A DNA stretch of 60,041 nucleotides, filler included, from Hausera hauseri (taxonomy: Eukaryota): NCBI GenBank assembly GCA_046269625.1. It is 10 parts of 10 records of this genome, joined end to end, with 100 filler letters (N's around TTAATTAATTAA, not from the genome) between each part and the next. Parts side by side here need not be neighbours in the genome. Positions count along the whole stretch, not along the records: positions 1 to 12,980 come from JBJURY010005567.1; 9 more parts are not named here. One strand, given 5' to 3'. Of this stretch, positions 1 to 12,574 are shown piece after piece; position 1 is the stretch's first letter, and each line of letters begins with the position of its first letter. A model generated the notes under the pieces. The model was not told the origin of the DNA. It did no database searches and saw nothing but the letters and a program-made list of their open reading frames with translations. Position numbers and translations under genes: made by a program.

Positions 1-777
1 TAATCTGACTGGTACTCTTCCTGTCGTTACTCTTGTCAAAATGTTACTAAGTATGATATTTGGATTAAAGTCCTCTTGTGGCTCAAAATATACCGGATGG
101 TCATCCTCTTCGCGGATTTGAGCATAAATTAGCATTTCGGTTCTATGCGGAATATTTTCGTCAACGGTGATCCATACTTCTCCTTGCTTCCTTTCTTTCA
201 TTGTTTTAAAATCTTTCACTGGTCCAAGTTCAAGTAGTCTTCCAGTCTGTAAGTTTATTGCGATATTAAGTAATTATTTCAATATGTCGCAACTTAGTAC
301 TACATCGTCGTTTAATTGATCCATTACGGCAAACTCGTGTCGTGGAATTTGACCCATTAACTGGACTAAAGGATTCAATTTAAATTTTGGTTTGGATTCT
401 TGCCCGAAGGCTCCTATGCTGCCTGGATCTGCTGAGGATGCGGGCTGCAGTTGTTTTCGGAGTGTCGGCGGTATTGATTCTAACTTGTTAAACGATTTCT
501 CTGATCCAGTGTCTATTAAGGCATATACTTTCCAATCTTCAATAGTAACTTTTGTAAAGGATCTTCCTTCCATAACTGACCTATAACAACTCGACACGTC
601 TTTTGGTCGTTTAATCGAAGAAATATTATGTCCGTTTATCGTTATCTCTGGTGATAAAATAATATTTTCGGTCAGCTGTTTCAGTTCTTCGTTAGAGTAT
701 AAGTCGTTAACTGCCATGTTATTTGCATTGTTTCTGATTAATGGTTCTTGTAGTATTGAATTTTGGAACGATTTCAC
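1..777 (-). pseudogene. pro: Retropepsin (aspartic protease) and start of pol region
   Basis: VYALIDTGSEK active-site motif and DDVVLSCDIL (ILG.D.L-like) motif; the frame continues past TAA at 274-276 to the window edge. Confidence 0.88.
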
Positions 778-789
778 TCCTTGCGTTCC

Positions 790-3065
790 TCAGACTGTTG
801 ATCTTGTTTCTATATTCCGAACTATCCTCGGTGAGTATAATATCTTATGGTCATCTTGTACTCTTCTTTGATTAGTTATCTGATTTTTCTTTAAGACTCC
901 ATATTGTCTTGTTCCTTCATAAGGATCTTCACTGCTGAAGGGTTTCTGACAGAATGCCGATCTATATGACATCATGGATGTTTTGTCACAATCTTTGTAT
1001 ATCGCAGCCGTTGGCGGCATGATAGGTAAGGGTGCTGTAATTATTGAATACATTCTATGTCTATTTTGTCCGAGGACTGCTTCTTCTCCATTAGACTCGT
1101 CATCATCTGAATCATTTCTTTGCGTCATTGGTTTCTTAACCTTGCGTTTTAGGCGAAATATGGGTCTGGCTTGCCGTTTGTAATTATAGTAGCCGACATG
1201 GCGTTCAACGTCATTTTTCCATCGATTTTCCTCGTATGCTTTAAGCATTTTGCCAAACGGGGTGATAATTGCAGTTAAGATCTTGCAAAAAAATCCTGTT
1301 AGCGTGAATATTTCATACCCAATTATAGCCGCTTGAATTACCGCCTTTACTAGTTGTACCATGAAATAGATTGCTAAGAATCCAGATGCAGCTTGTCCAA
1401 AAATTAAAAATCTTCCCCATATTTTGTAAAGTATTTCTGTGGTTACCCGTTGGTAATGGTTTGCACCAAACAGGGATTCCCATTTCGCTTGGTATTGAGT
1501 ATCATCTACTACTGATGCCATAGCTCGATTTAGTTCGTGTGTTCGCTGTCGTGGAAAAGCAAGGAATTGTCGAAAAGCTTCGATTTCTTTGGGCCTGTAA
1601 ATGCCCTTTTGGGATGTGTCCTGAAACTTGTAATCAGTAATCCCTTTTGCTAAATTAGTTCCAGTTAGTTTCTTAGGAACGAGGGTTACACCTCCACTGG
1701 GTAAGCTTATCCTTTCTGTTTCGCTACGTCTAAACATCGGTTCACCCAAACTTGCTTTGCAATCCTTTAATATTGTAGGTTGTGTTGCGTTGTCTAGCAC
1801 TACTCTAGTAAGAGGCATGGCTAACCGTGGGGTATTCTGATAGATTACAGGGAGTTCTCGTATGCATCGTTTTTCTTCCACTTTAATTGGTACATTTCTT
1901 CTCGCATTCGTATGTCAATAAAACTTCGCAAGTAACTCGATCAAAAATTCCTTCTCTCATGGGATTAATCGGTGAGGATAACTCCGGATTCGCATAGATA
2001 AGAGCTAATTTTGTTCTCATAATTTCCGTATCTAATTTGCAATCGTTAGTTATCATTTTATGGTATAGTTTGGCTATCCCGACTTGGCCTTTATAATAGA
2101 AATAATCATCTCGGTTTTTCAGATAATCTTCTATTCTGATATCTTGTGTTTCTAAATTGTAGGTCTTCGCGTTTATCTCCGTTTCTGTGACGAAGAACGC
2201 TTCGTAGTTAGTAGTAAACATTACCACTTCACATCGTGAAATCATTTTCTTTTTTATGAATTTCAATCCATGTGGCTCAGAAATTAATATCGTAGGTGTA
2301 TGATGCTTCGATACGTCTTTACGTGCTCTTGAACTGGTGTCGGATTTATCTACGTATTGTTTTCCGGTAGTTTTATTAAATTTTAATTTCTTAATTTTAA
2401 TAAAATTACGGGCTTTTCCGGTGGGCGGTCCCCATATGATGACAACTTCTGAATGCACAGGTTCCGTCTTGCATGTGAAATTTTTGATTCTCATTATATA
2501 GCTTAGTGACGCTATGGAACATTACTTTTTGAACTCGCATTTCCGATTCGTAAAAGTCTACTACCACTATGTTTGCTTCCAGTCCTTTTCCGGTATCGTA
2601 TTCAGTTGTACTACAGTGTCCGTTATGCATATCCAGCCTTCCGGATACTATCTTGCACGCTCTAATTATTTTTCCGGGCTGCGTTTCCAATTCCATGTTA
2701 TCCCATTTTAGTCTTCCAGTTTCTCGGGCTTGTTTACAATGTTGCTTTATCAAATTCATGGGAATTGAGAGAGTTGTTGGTTTAATTATTAAGGAGTGTC
2801 CGTGCATTAGTCCACAATGAAAAATACTACTAGATCGTCTCAGCATACATTCCATGCCATCCAGAGATACCAACTCATGTTGTTGGTATATAAAATAGCT
2901 CTTCTCTTTTGTTTCCAGTTTATGTGGTTTGGCATATTCACATGATTCTAAGTCCATTAATGAATACTTTTGTCCAAGTTTGAATCTATTACAGTCATAA
3001 ACGGTAACAGCACCCATTTGTTTTATTAACATTATTATGGTGAGCAAACTGCTTAACCAATTAGA
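790..3065 (-). pseudogene. env: Envelope glycoprotein, chuvirus-G/herpes-gB-like (class III fusogen), split by two frameshifts
   Basis: Signal peptide WLSSLLTIIMLIKQMGA, then VYDC..YSLMDLESC, EC..R..FHCG..GHS, SG..D..GHC, NDC, ECEK..C..ELPVIY; hydrophobic C-terminal segment (~1260-1420) and cytoplasmic tail. Cys pattern matches the chuvirus-like G family as I recall it. Confidence 0.82.
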
Positions 3066-3203
3066 TTCGTTCTTCCGGTTGTTGTTATCCGTTGTCCTCA
3101 AGTTGCGTATGACGTCTTTGAGTCTATTGCTATTTCTCTTGTCTGCTTCCTTGTTAAACAATTTTGGTTAATTTACTTCACACGGGAGTTTTCTAGACGC
3201 TTT

Positions 3204-4541
3204 TCATGCCAAACTAGTAGCTCGATTTAGTTTATTTTCTCGATTAGGATTTGTCTTAATTGCCAAGTACAATAATACTTTTCTCAGCACTTCTATCGTA
3301 TTCTCCACCATGATCTTCTCGACTATTGCGTCGTCAGTTAGGCTACTTTTTGACAGTTTGAAAAGTGAACTTCTTATTGTTCTAGCTGCGTTAAATATTG
3401 CCTTTTCTTTCTCGTCTAATGTATTTCCGCGGAGACTCAAATAATTTACGATACGTATTAAATTTTTCATTAACTCGCTTAATTCTTCATTATCTGTACT
3501 GAGAGTAGGAATTGACATTTGTCTTAATTCTTTAATCAGTTCTCCATTATAATCAATTTCTTCTCGGGGCTTCCTGGGTCTGCCTACTGTGCGTTTCGGT
3601 TTCGGAGCATTCGGTGTCATTCCACTTAACGGTACTAGATTCTTGTCATATTGCTCTTTGTCTTTATCTGTTTGTAAATACTCGAAATACATTGCAGTGT
3701 CTCGTACTCCCATGATTTGTCCTACGCATTGTTCCGTTTTAGCCTTCCGTGTGGCTTCTTTTTTCGTCTGTTCATTGGCTATTATTACTATTATCCGATT
3801 TGTTTCGTCGGGAATAATTGCGACATCTATTAACTGTTTTAAATCGTCGAGTATTCTTCCTCTAAAGTAAAATCTGTAATTTAGCTCATTTGTTCTGCCA
3901 TTATTTACTAACCATTCTCTTACGTCCTTTACGTAGGAATGAGTAGTTAACTCACATTCTTTTATTTCCATCCACTCGGATGATATCATTATTTTCATCA
4001 TTACCTCAGGTTTAGTCTTCAAAATGTCTGCATATTTTTTTATCAGAAGTTTCGGCACCGTGCTGTAAATCGTATTCTGGCTAGATAGTTTAGTCAAGGT
4101 CGGAATAAGTTGTTTGAGCTTATTTTCAGTCATATTCACCTTAATTGATTCCATCAAGTCCTTCTCAGTTAACGCTGAGTCTAGGAGCATCTCTACATTG
4201 AATTTCCTATTCTGAAGATACGTTTGTATTTCATCGAGGTGCACTGGAGTCACCGGATTTTCTGTCGCTATTTCTTCTAAATAGGCATTCCATTCTGGTT
4301 CATTCTCAATATCTGGAAGTCCATAGTCTACTATAGCTGTGTTCGTTTTTTGCACATTTTCTCCAATTTCTTTAAATTTTGGTTGTATTTCTTTCATCTG
4401 CGTAGTTCGGAAACCTATTCCTTTTCCGCAAGCATACTGAATCTTTTTCAGTAATTCACCTAATTCATTAGAATCGATAAATCCTTTTTGGTTATAGTTA
4501 GTTGGTTCAGTAATTACATCTCTTTGCCATCTTTGCACCAA
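3204..4541 (-). pseudogene. Accessory polyprotein segment: ubiquitin-like domain (~3780-3998), AT-hook-like KRTVGRPRKP (~3567-3596), helical domain positionally equivalent to the Bcl-2-like domain of copy B
   Basis: MKIMISSEW...VKDVREWL...YRFYFRGRILDDLKQLIDVAI...IIVII aligns by eye to ubiquitin (MQIFVK...IENVKAKI...[21 protein letters not shown]...LHLV). Confidence 0.65.
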
Positions 4542-5709
4542 TTCTCGTTTATTTTTGATCTCTGACTCAGCAAAAGCATATTTGTTCTTAAAAGCTCTTT
4601 CGTTAGTTCGTCCAACCTTGTTGCTCTTTGTTTTGTTCTAATACATGTTTCTTCTACTTTCTGTATCTTGGGCATCAGTTGTCTCATTCTCGCATAACTG
4701 ATTTCCTCCATTTCTAACAGTAAATAACCTAACTCGTACATCTCATTTATAGTTTTTGAGTCGGGGTCCATTGCATCCGATAATTTCTTCACGAACTTGT
4801 GTTCCTGAAAGATAAAATGTGGGTCGTCTATTATTTTTGTCAACTTGGTATGAAAATTCTGATCTGATTCGGTCATCCATTCTTGTGGTTTATGCAAAAA
4901 TTTTATTGCCTCTGTTAACGTATCTCGATGTCCTGGGCAAATGTTTAAAATGTCAATGTCTTGATCAAATATCTCGTTGATCAGTTTTTCTGTTAAGTGT
5001 TGGATTCCTTCCAGTCGAGCAATCTTCAATTCTGAGGTTACATCGTTAATCATATTCCGTTTTTCCGTGAAGTTCGTCTCTTCGATCAATTTATATATCT
5101 TCTTCAATATCGACGTTTCTTGTTCCTTTCTCATAAATTTTAGTCGCTTAAACGCTTCGAATTGTGTGCGGATATCAATTTCTATTTGCATTGTGGCTAG
5201 GTCATGTGCACTTTCTTCTAGCTGTCTCTTTATCATTGGTTCGCTTTCCGGAAATTCTTTCCTGCGGTCTTCTACTAGTTTACTTAATCTCATTATTAAT
5301 TCGGACCATTCCGACAATTGATTTGCGATTATAGGTTTCGCCATTATAGCCTTGTCTAACATCTTATACGCATCTTTTAATTAATCATCTGGTCCCTTTA
5401 GGAAAATCATAATCCGGCCAACATAACTAAACTCGTCTTTATATTCGTCCAATTCTACGATGCAAGCTCTTATCACGTATTGAGTTTCTTCATGATTTGG
5501 AAACATAATTCGGTTTCTTAAAGTATTGATCTGGGATCTTTTCTCATTCTCATTTTTGATGCGGCTCTCTAAGTCTGCACATCGTCTATTCTCGACGAAG
5601 GCAATTTTTATCATTTCCATTAAAGGAGGAATGTCTACCGAGTCTATACCCAGTATTTCTAGATCGATATTAGTTCTATTGCTAACCGGTTTTTCTCTAA
5701 GGTGATTTG
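4514..5709 (-). pseudogene. Helical/coiled-coil accessory segment of the polyprotein, unknown function
   Basis: ORFs 5381-5620 and 4514-5362 are in the same frame (one TAA between); E/K/L/I-rich, no recognised motif. Confidence 0.5.
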
Positions 5710-7903
5710 TTATTGTAAAACGTATTTGTCCATCTTACGTTCTAAGTTACGGGCTGCTCTCTTCAACTTGGGATTAGCTTCTAAGTTGGATAGCATCGTT
5801 TGTACTTCAGCGACTTTTACGTTGACATTCTCTTCGTCTTTGCTCCATCCTTCTGAGAATTCTACTCCACTTTTGATCCATGACTCTAATTCGTGATTCC
5901 ATTTTATCAACGTATCCCGTGGCACCTCTTCCGGTTGTTTCATTTCAATTGCTTCATCGTATTTCCCTTCGCTCCACAATTTTAAGCTCTTGTATAATTT
6001 CTCCGCAAACTGTTGTTCCTTACCGGATATATCTGTTTGTCTACTAATCTGTTTAAGTCTTTCTAAATTGTGTCTGAGTATCTCTGGATTATAACATCTG
6101 ATTCTCATTTTCTTCAATTCATCGGCGTTCTTCCATGAACGTCGGACTTTCCATTTCCTCGCATCTGGATCATTATCATCTGTTTCTTCCTCACCAGTGG
6201 GAAGCGGGCAAATTTCATTTATCTCGTCATTAATATTTATCGTCTCTGGCGTTTCTAATATTTCTGGAATTCCTACAGGCGTAATAGAGATTTCTGAGGA
6301 CGAATCATCTCTTGGGATAGCAGTATGAAATTCTCCTTTTTCTTTTATGTCTCTTCTAATAGGAGATCGTGAGCGGGTCTTAGATTTTCTTTTAGGCGAT
6401 GGGCTTCTACCTCTGTTCTTCGTTATTTTGAGAACTAAGGGCCCAATAAATTCACTTTCAACTTCATCCGTCGTTTCTTCTGGGTTAGGCTTTGCGGCTT
6501 CTATTTGCGCATCTAGATCTATATTTTGTGATGTAGATGGTTTCTCGGACTGTCCTATTCCTTGCGGAGCAGACTTCTTGCGTGCCATATTCGTATTATT
6601 TGGTGCCAACTCCCATTCTTCTTCCGTTTGTGGCTCTCGTAATCCATGATAGACTTCCATTAGTCGTAATTTTTTTTCATATTCTTTCCTAGCGTTCATA
6701 ACTTGAAGATTAGTAGTTTCACTTAAATTTCGTACAGATCTTCGTAAATCTTGCATCTCAATGATTAGGCTTATATTACCTCGTTTACCATAAATGGCTT
6801 CTAAGTTATTTTTAATCATGCTTGTCTTGTTTGGTTCAGTAAATATGACACTTCTAGGATTTGGGCAAGACCTTGCAATGTGTCCTTCTTTTCCACATGT
6901 AAAGCAGATTAAGTTCCCATTTCGACCAATCTTTTGTCTGCCATCTTCATTTACAGGCGATTTTGATCTATTTGTATTCTTATTCTGTCTTTGTGATGTT
7001 TGTCTACTGTCCCCGTCATATCGATTATCGTTACTTCGATTATCAGTGTATTTAGTGTTATATCAATAACTACTTTGGTTTCTATCTGAGTTGTAGCTCG
7101 ATTTATTATACGAGTTATATGTATTTCGGTTACTACTAAAATTCCTATTGTTTCGCTTATTTCTACCTTTGTTATTTCTATTATCGAAACTTCGATTTCG
7201 ATTATTATTATTAAATCGTCTGCTATCTTGATTATCATTTCTATTTCGATTATTGCGGTCATTATTTCTTTCATATTTGTCACGTTGCTGGGCGTATCTC
7301 TCTAACGCCATTTCTAAGTCTTGAGCTAATTGCAGCGTCCGTTCAAAATTATCGGGTCTAGCCAGAATTAATTGTTTAACTAAATCTCTTGACCATATGC
7401 CGTTTATTAACTGAGTCGTCATCATGACGTCTAAATCTGGTGGCGTTGCTTTTTCCGCGGCTTCACGCTCCGCTTCTGTTTTAGCTTTTGCTACGTTAGC
7501 TATTCTTAAGGTACTCACATAACTATTAGCGAGTTTCTTTAATGCAAATGCAAACTGGGTAACCGATTCACCTTTCTGTTGCACTCTATTCTGAAATGCC
7601 ATAAGTTTCTGTTGTGGCGTTACTGTAGGCAATAACTTACGATTTAATGCTCCTACCAGGGAGGACCAAGATTTCTTTTCATCATTAGTAAGCTCACTAT
7701 AAGCATCGGCAGCTAAATTCTTAAGATATAGTGATAAGCGTTTTATTGTTACTTCAGGAGTAAGACTAGCACCCTCCGCGTGCAACTTATAAGTCCTTAA
7801 AAAGTCGTTTAGTCCGTCCGGATCACAGTCGTATGCCGGAAGGTTCAGAGTCAAATGTAAAAATGTCGAGCTTTTGTGATACGGCTGGATTCTCCGCTGC
7901 CAT
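5710..7903 (-). pseudogene. gag: Gag (capsid, N/R-rich linker, CCHC knuckle, RS-rich C-terminal extension)
   Basis: LSLYLKNLAADAY..W..L, RVQQKGESVTQFAFALKKLA (retrotransposon gag); CFTCGKEGHIARSC at ~6865-6906, in frame with both 7063..7854 and 5710..6819 across one TGA at 7063-7065. Confidence 0.9.
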
Positions 7904-8201
7904 ATCTATTTTATTCGTAGGAGGTTTATCCTTAAGTCGAGGAAGTTTAAACTTGCCGTTTGATTCTAAATTGATTTTAGTCTCAGAATTTGTTCTGTAT
8001 ATTACTCTGCGTGTCTCACGTATAGGAAATTGATTTCTACCGTTTATTTGGTTCTCAATGTTCGTCTTAATTTATCTATTTATTTTAGTCTCTGATAACT
8101 TATATCCCACAATTTATTTTTCTTTCGATTAATCGGTGTATTGGCGCTGATGGCCGATATGTCGTTATTTAATTCTGAATAGTACTAGCTAGGCACAGAC
8201 T

Positions 8202-8219
8202 GTCCTGATACGGTCGCCA
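8202..8219 (-). promoter_or_regulatory. Primer-binding site, probably tRNA-Arg(TCG)
   Basis: Minus strand TGGCGACCGTATCAGGAC, 2 nt after LTR end ...TAACA; near-complementary to the 3' end of metazoan tRNA-Arg(TCG) (...TCCTGTCACGGTCG-CCA, from memory). Confidence 0.8.
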
Positions 8220-8221
8220 AA

Positions 8222-8747
8222 TGTTATATATTAGGGTGGCCCTTAACTCACGCCCCTTATATATAACGTATTTACTCTTGAAATTAGATATTTCTGTGCA
8301 AATTCGGTCTAACGTTATCGTTAAACGAATGTGCCTAGTATGTCGATATTACGTGAATGCAAGTGTGGTGAATACAAATCCTGTGCGTAGTTTGAATACT
8401 TCTATTTACCTATATAGTTTACCGTGAATTTTAGACTTAGTGTAACTCAAATCAGCCTTAACGGCCGATGAAAAACTATAGTGGGATTTTAAAAGAAAAT
8501 AAATAATATACCGATATAATGAACACCAAGTTAAGAATCACAACGATTTCGATAATGTCTATAAGACTGACAGTAGGTAGAAAGNNNNNNNNNNGAAGTT
8601 ATTCAAATTCTGTTAATACAAATCGACGCTACAGTCGAAGAAAAACTAAGTAACTTCACTTAAAAATCTACACCTTATATACATTTTCGTTGACGTAGGT
8701 GTTATTTACCCACTTAATTGTTTCCGATTTCCGGCAGTTGTTTAACA
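8222..8747 (-). repeat. 5' LTR of copy A (distal end tentative, spans the 10-N gap)
   Basis: TGTTA at 8222 abuts the PBS; candidate inverted terminus TAACA at 8743-8747. Confidence 0.6.
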
Positions 8748-9826
8748 ATTCTCAACAATTAATAATCACACATGTCAGCTCCGAACAATGTCTAGACAAT
8801 ATTCACGATCAATATTTTCAATGCAATGTACACAATTTGCGACTAATGTAGCAAAATCTATAATTAATATGCATAATTTAATAGCTAAACGATTACTGTT
8901 TTTACAAGAACCAATGGTTCATTATTTACAACATTTATATTCTAACGAAATAAAAAATCTATCGAATAGTATGTGATTACTTATGTGCATAACCAAAATT
9001 TATGAGAAAATACGATTGATAATTAGACGAAATGCATTTTACATTGACAGAACATCAAGAAAAACAGTATAAATAGAGTATTTAAAAACGTAGTCCGAGA
9101 AATTGAACGAAACCTTTGTCAAGTTCAAAATATTGGGCAAATGTCGAATATCTATAATTTTGTTATTGTGACTTCACTATCAAAAACATTTTCATATCAT
9201 TACTCAGCTTTGTATTTTGAACGGATCTCCGATTATTTGTTGTAATAATGACTCTAATTTACAGTAAAATTCGCTTCTTTGTAAGTATTGTAATTTAACA
9301 TGACATTAATACAATTGCCGGATCCACCCGCATTCATAAAAACCACAATATAAAAATGCCAAAACAGTATTTGGTTAATCGACCTTTTCAATTCAAATAA
9401 CATTGTTGAATTTCAATGGCAGGTTAATAGAAAAAAGAGTTGTGAAAGCAAGTTAAAAATAAAAAGCATCTGGAAAATCCATTAGCACAGAAACAATGTG
9501 TGCCGTTTTCTTTGTTTCAGTTTCGACATACAAACATATTGGATGAGTCATTGGATTATGTGCAATTTACCAGACGTTGAAAATAATTAAAAATTTGATG
9601 AGATTAATTTGTAGTTGACATTTTAAAATATTACTTACTTGTGTTATTAATTGTTCAATCAAAGTTAAAATAGTGAAACAAATAAGTACAAAGGACTTCG
9701 GTATTTAACGATGTATATCACAAAAATTCACCATTATATCAAGTAATTCCATCAGTTACTAATTCATAATGAAATGCTGCAGATTTTTATTAGATGTTTA
9801 TCTTATTGCGCATTGTTTTTGTAGTA

Positions 9827-10102
9827 ACGGATTTTCCAGATGCTTTTATTGTACCATCTGTCAAGCATGAGTTTATATGCAGGAAGTGCCAGATGATTTT
9901 TGCTGATGAAGATTCAGTGGTACGTCATCAGAAGTCCTTCTGTTACTTCGGACATCATTTTACTGACCCGCAAGAAACAGTGCTTCGAAAAGCAGTGAGC
10001 AACTACACTTGTGTTGCCTGCAATGTGGTTGTTAATGGGAATGAAGCACTTGGCCAACACCTTCAGTCGAGCTTGCACAAAGAGAAAACAATCAAACAAG
10101 CA
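9827..10102 (+). pseudogene. ZFHX4: Fragment encoding the two C-terminal zinc fingers of vertebrate-type ZFHX4
   Basis: EFICRKCQMIFADEDSVVRHQKSFCYFG..DPQETVLR..YTCVACNVVVNGNEALGQHLQSSLHKEKTIKQA closely matches the vertebrate ZFHX4 C-terminus as I recall it; similarity stops abruptly at KQA; locally higher GC than flanks. Confidence 0.8.
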
Positions 10103-10624
10103 TTCGAGAACTTGGATTATCCATATGAACAGGATAATAAAGAGTATAATTAGTAAGGTTATTGGAAAACACCAATGTGTAAGCAATTGAGGCCTGCATA
10201 ATACGGGGAGCGATATCTTTATAAATAACCAATTGCATAATTTATTAAAATAATTAATTTCAAACCATTTATAAGAATTTAAAATTTTCATATCATTAAT
10301 GCACTTTATTAAATTGAAAAGACTTCAATATAAAAATCCATACTCCATACTCAAACGAGCGGCTAGCGCTTTAAAGAGTGAGGATTCAAATTGTCGTCCT
10401 TGATCGGAAATGAGATGTTTTGGTGTTCCTAAGCGGCTGACCCATCTGAGGATAAAGGCTTTAGCTATGATTGTGAGGATATAATTGAGAACAGAAATTC
10501 TAACTTTAAATTAGAAACATTTTTAAATTTAAATTAAAAATTTAATTTAAAAGTAATATTAAAGTCTGATTTAAGTTTGGAAAATTTGTTTCCAAATAAC
10601 TATTTTGGATTATAATAAAAATTT

Positions 10625-10945
10625 TCAATAACTGTTGTTACTTTTCAATGAGCAATTACAAACAATCAAGTTCTGATTTAGCGGACAGATCAGGGGCAGG
10701 GGTTTTCCAACCATACTCAAGCTGGGCGACGAGGTGGACTGCGTGGATGCGAATGCGGCCAACAATGGTATCATCTTGGATATTAGGAAATGGTATGATT
10801 TCTGGGCATGTTGTTGATTCGTCAAGCATGTTGAGGAAATAAGTGAATCCTCGGTTAGGCATCAGAGGACCAACGAGATCGATATAAGTATTGTCGAAAT
10901 GTGACGTTGTTGGGAAATTATATAATGGTAGTTTAATGTGTCACG
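10625..10945 (-). pseudogene. Gypsy integrase fragment
   Basis: HFDNTYIDLVGPLMPNRGFTYFLNMLDESTTCPEIIP = F..HIDLVGPLP.S.G..YLLT.ID..TRWPEAIP motif. Confidence 0.75.
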
Positions 10946-12574
10946 AAGTTTCACATTTTCAATTCAATGAGAAACCCGGAGTTTTACGTCTCTACGCACG
11001 GCTGGCCAGATTACTGGCCAGATACCGGAAGATGGGAGTCTGTCCCAATTGAAAATAAAAATATTGAAAATTTAAATTAAAAATACAAAGAAATTATTTT
11101 TAAAATGAAAAAGTACACTTAATTAATGTACTGATGACTAATTCCAGGCATGATTCATATGAGTCATATGGGTTGCCCAATTCACCAGACACTAGATGAC
11201 TAATTTCAAAAAATTAAAATTCAAATCATGTATTGGTCGAATTCAGCAGTATTTAAACTGCCATAACAACAATACCATAACCATAATTTCTCGAAACCAT
11301 AACTACACACAACCGTAGTTCCTACACTTGGAATTTTTCGTTATCTGATGCGATCATTAACTCCGACGAGTTCAAATAGTTCGAGGAGAGAAATCTCGCC
11401 TCTTATTGATCGCTGCGGTGTTTGACTGTAATTCACAGAAGATCCACCGATCCGATTATTGATGATCATAAAACTCCGATACTTTGAGTATACTTATAAA
11501 CTGCCGAATATTCTCGTTGATCAAAATATTACCATGAACAGAACAAATCATCTAAATGAAAAGGATTTCCGGAGCATGCATGCTCTGAACGACCATGAAA
11601 ATCCCATGGGTGAGTAAAAATTATTGTATCTTAATTTTCTTTATTTTTTTGACTAAAATTTGTTATGACTAGAATAAATAAGATTACATAAGCCACATAA
11701 TTATTTGTACCTTATGTTTCTTTAATGAAAATTTGTAATTCTGAAATTGATGAAGTTGCAAGTAAACACAAGAGTTTACCGAAGCACCGTCGAACCAGCC
11801 TTGAAGATGATTCACTCAGAATATAATGCTGATTAACAAAATGAACATTTTCGAAAAACAAAATAAAATGCTTACAAAAAATTCATGTAGCAATACGTTA
11901 AATTCCAATAAACATTTTAATCCCAGTCACAATCAACCATCGCAAATGTTCCATTTGTATGAAGAACTATAATTTCAAATTGAATGAGAATTGGTTTATG
12001 CATGTCATTTTAGGAATGTTTAGTTGGAAATTTTGTGAAAAATATATTTTCCACCGATTATTGATATTTTAGTGAGGCTTTTGACTTGTGGAACACGTAC
12101 AGTGCTTTGATTCAGTTTGCAAATCAAAATATTGTAAATGATGTGTATGTTTGCATATCATATTTTAATTATATGCATCCAAAATTAAGCAAAATTTGTA
12201 TTGAATTTTACTTGTCTGACACAGAATTCGTGAAATTTTTACGGTCTCACGGTTGGAAATTTGTCACTAAAATGACAGTTTCCTTGTAAGAGAATGGCAC
12301 TTTTTATGTAAATGGAAGAGTTAAATTAAAAGTTTAAATTTAGAGCCGAAGTATTGTGTGACCAATAAAGTAATGGCCAACCCTGCCTTAATATTACTTT
12401 TATATTAATTTCGCCAAATGAATGTGCTACACACGCGTATGTATGAAATTATGCTTATGTTGATATAAATTAATTCTACACTATAAACATTTACAAGAAT
12501 GGCTATTTCTATGTCCAATATTTACATCAGCATTAGTTATACTTTTTTGTCAAATCACAGATGTGGGAGCGTTT

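Larger units (their letters stand above)
1..8747 (-). mobile_element. Large Ty3/Gypsy-like LTR retroelement, copy A (5' LTR-PBS-gag-accessory domains-env-protease; truncated by window edge), decayed
   Basis: Colinear minus-strand LTR end, tRNA PBS, gag CA + CCHC knuckle, glycoprotein, DTG protease; successive ORFs are mostly in the same frame and split by single stops, or offset by frameshifts. Confidence 0.9.

Noticed and set aside
5700-5735. Programmed -1 frameshift at the end of gag
   Set aside because: No canonical XXXYYYZ slippery heptamer seen; indistinguishable from the other indels in this decayed copy.
392-7069. Plus-strand ORFs (e.g. 3589..3870, 4977..5321, 6347..6649, 6794..7069)
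   Set aside because: Antisense shadows of the minus-strand retroelement polyprotein with no motifs.
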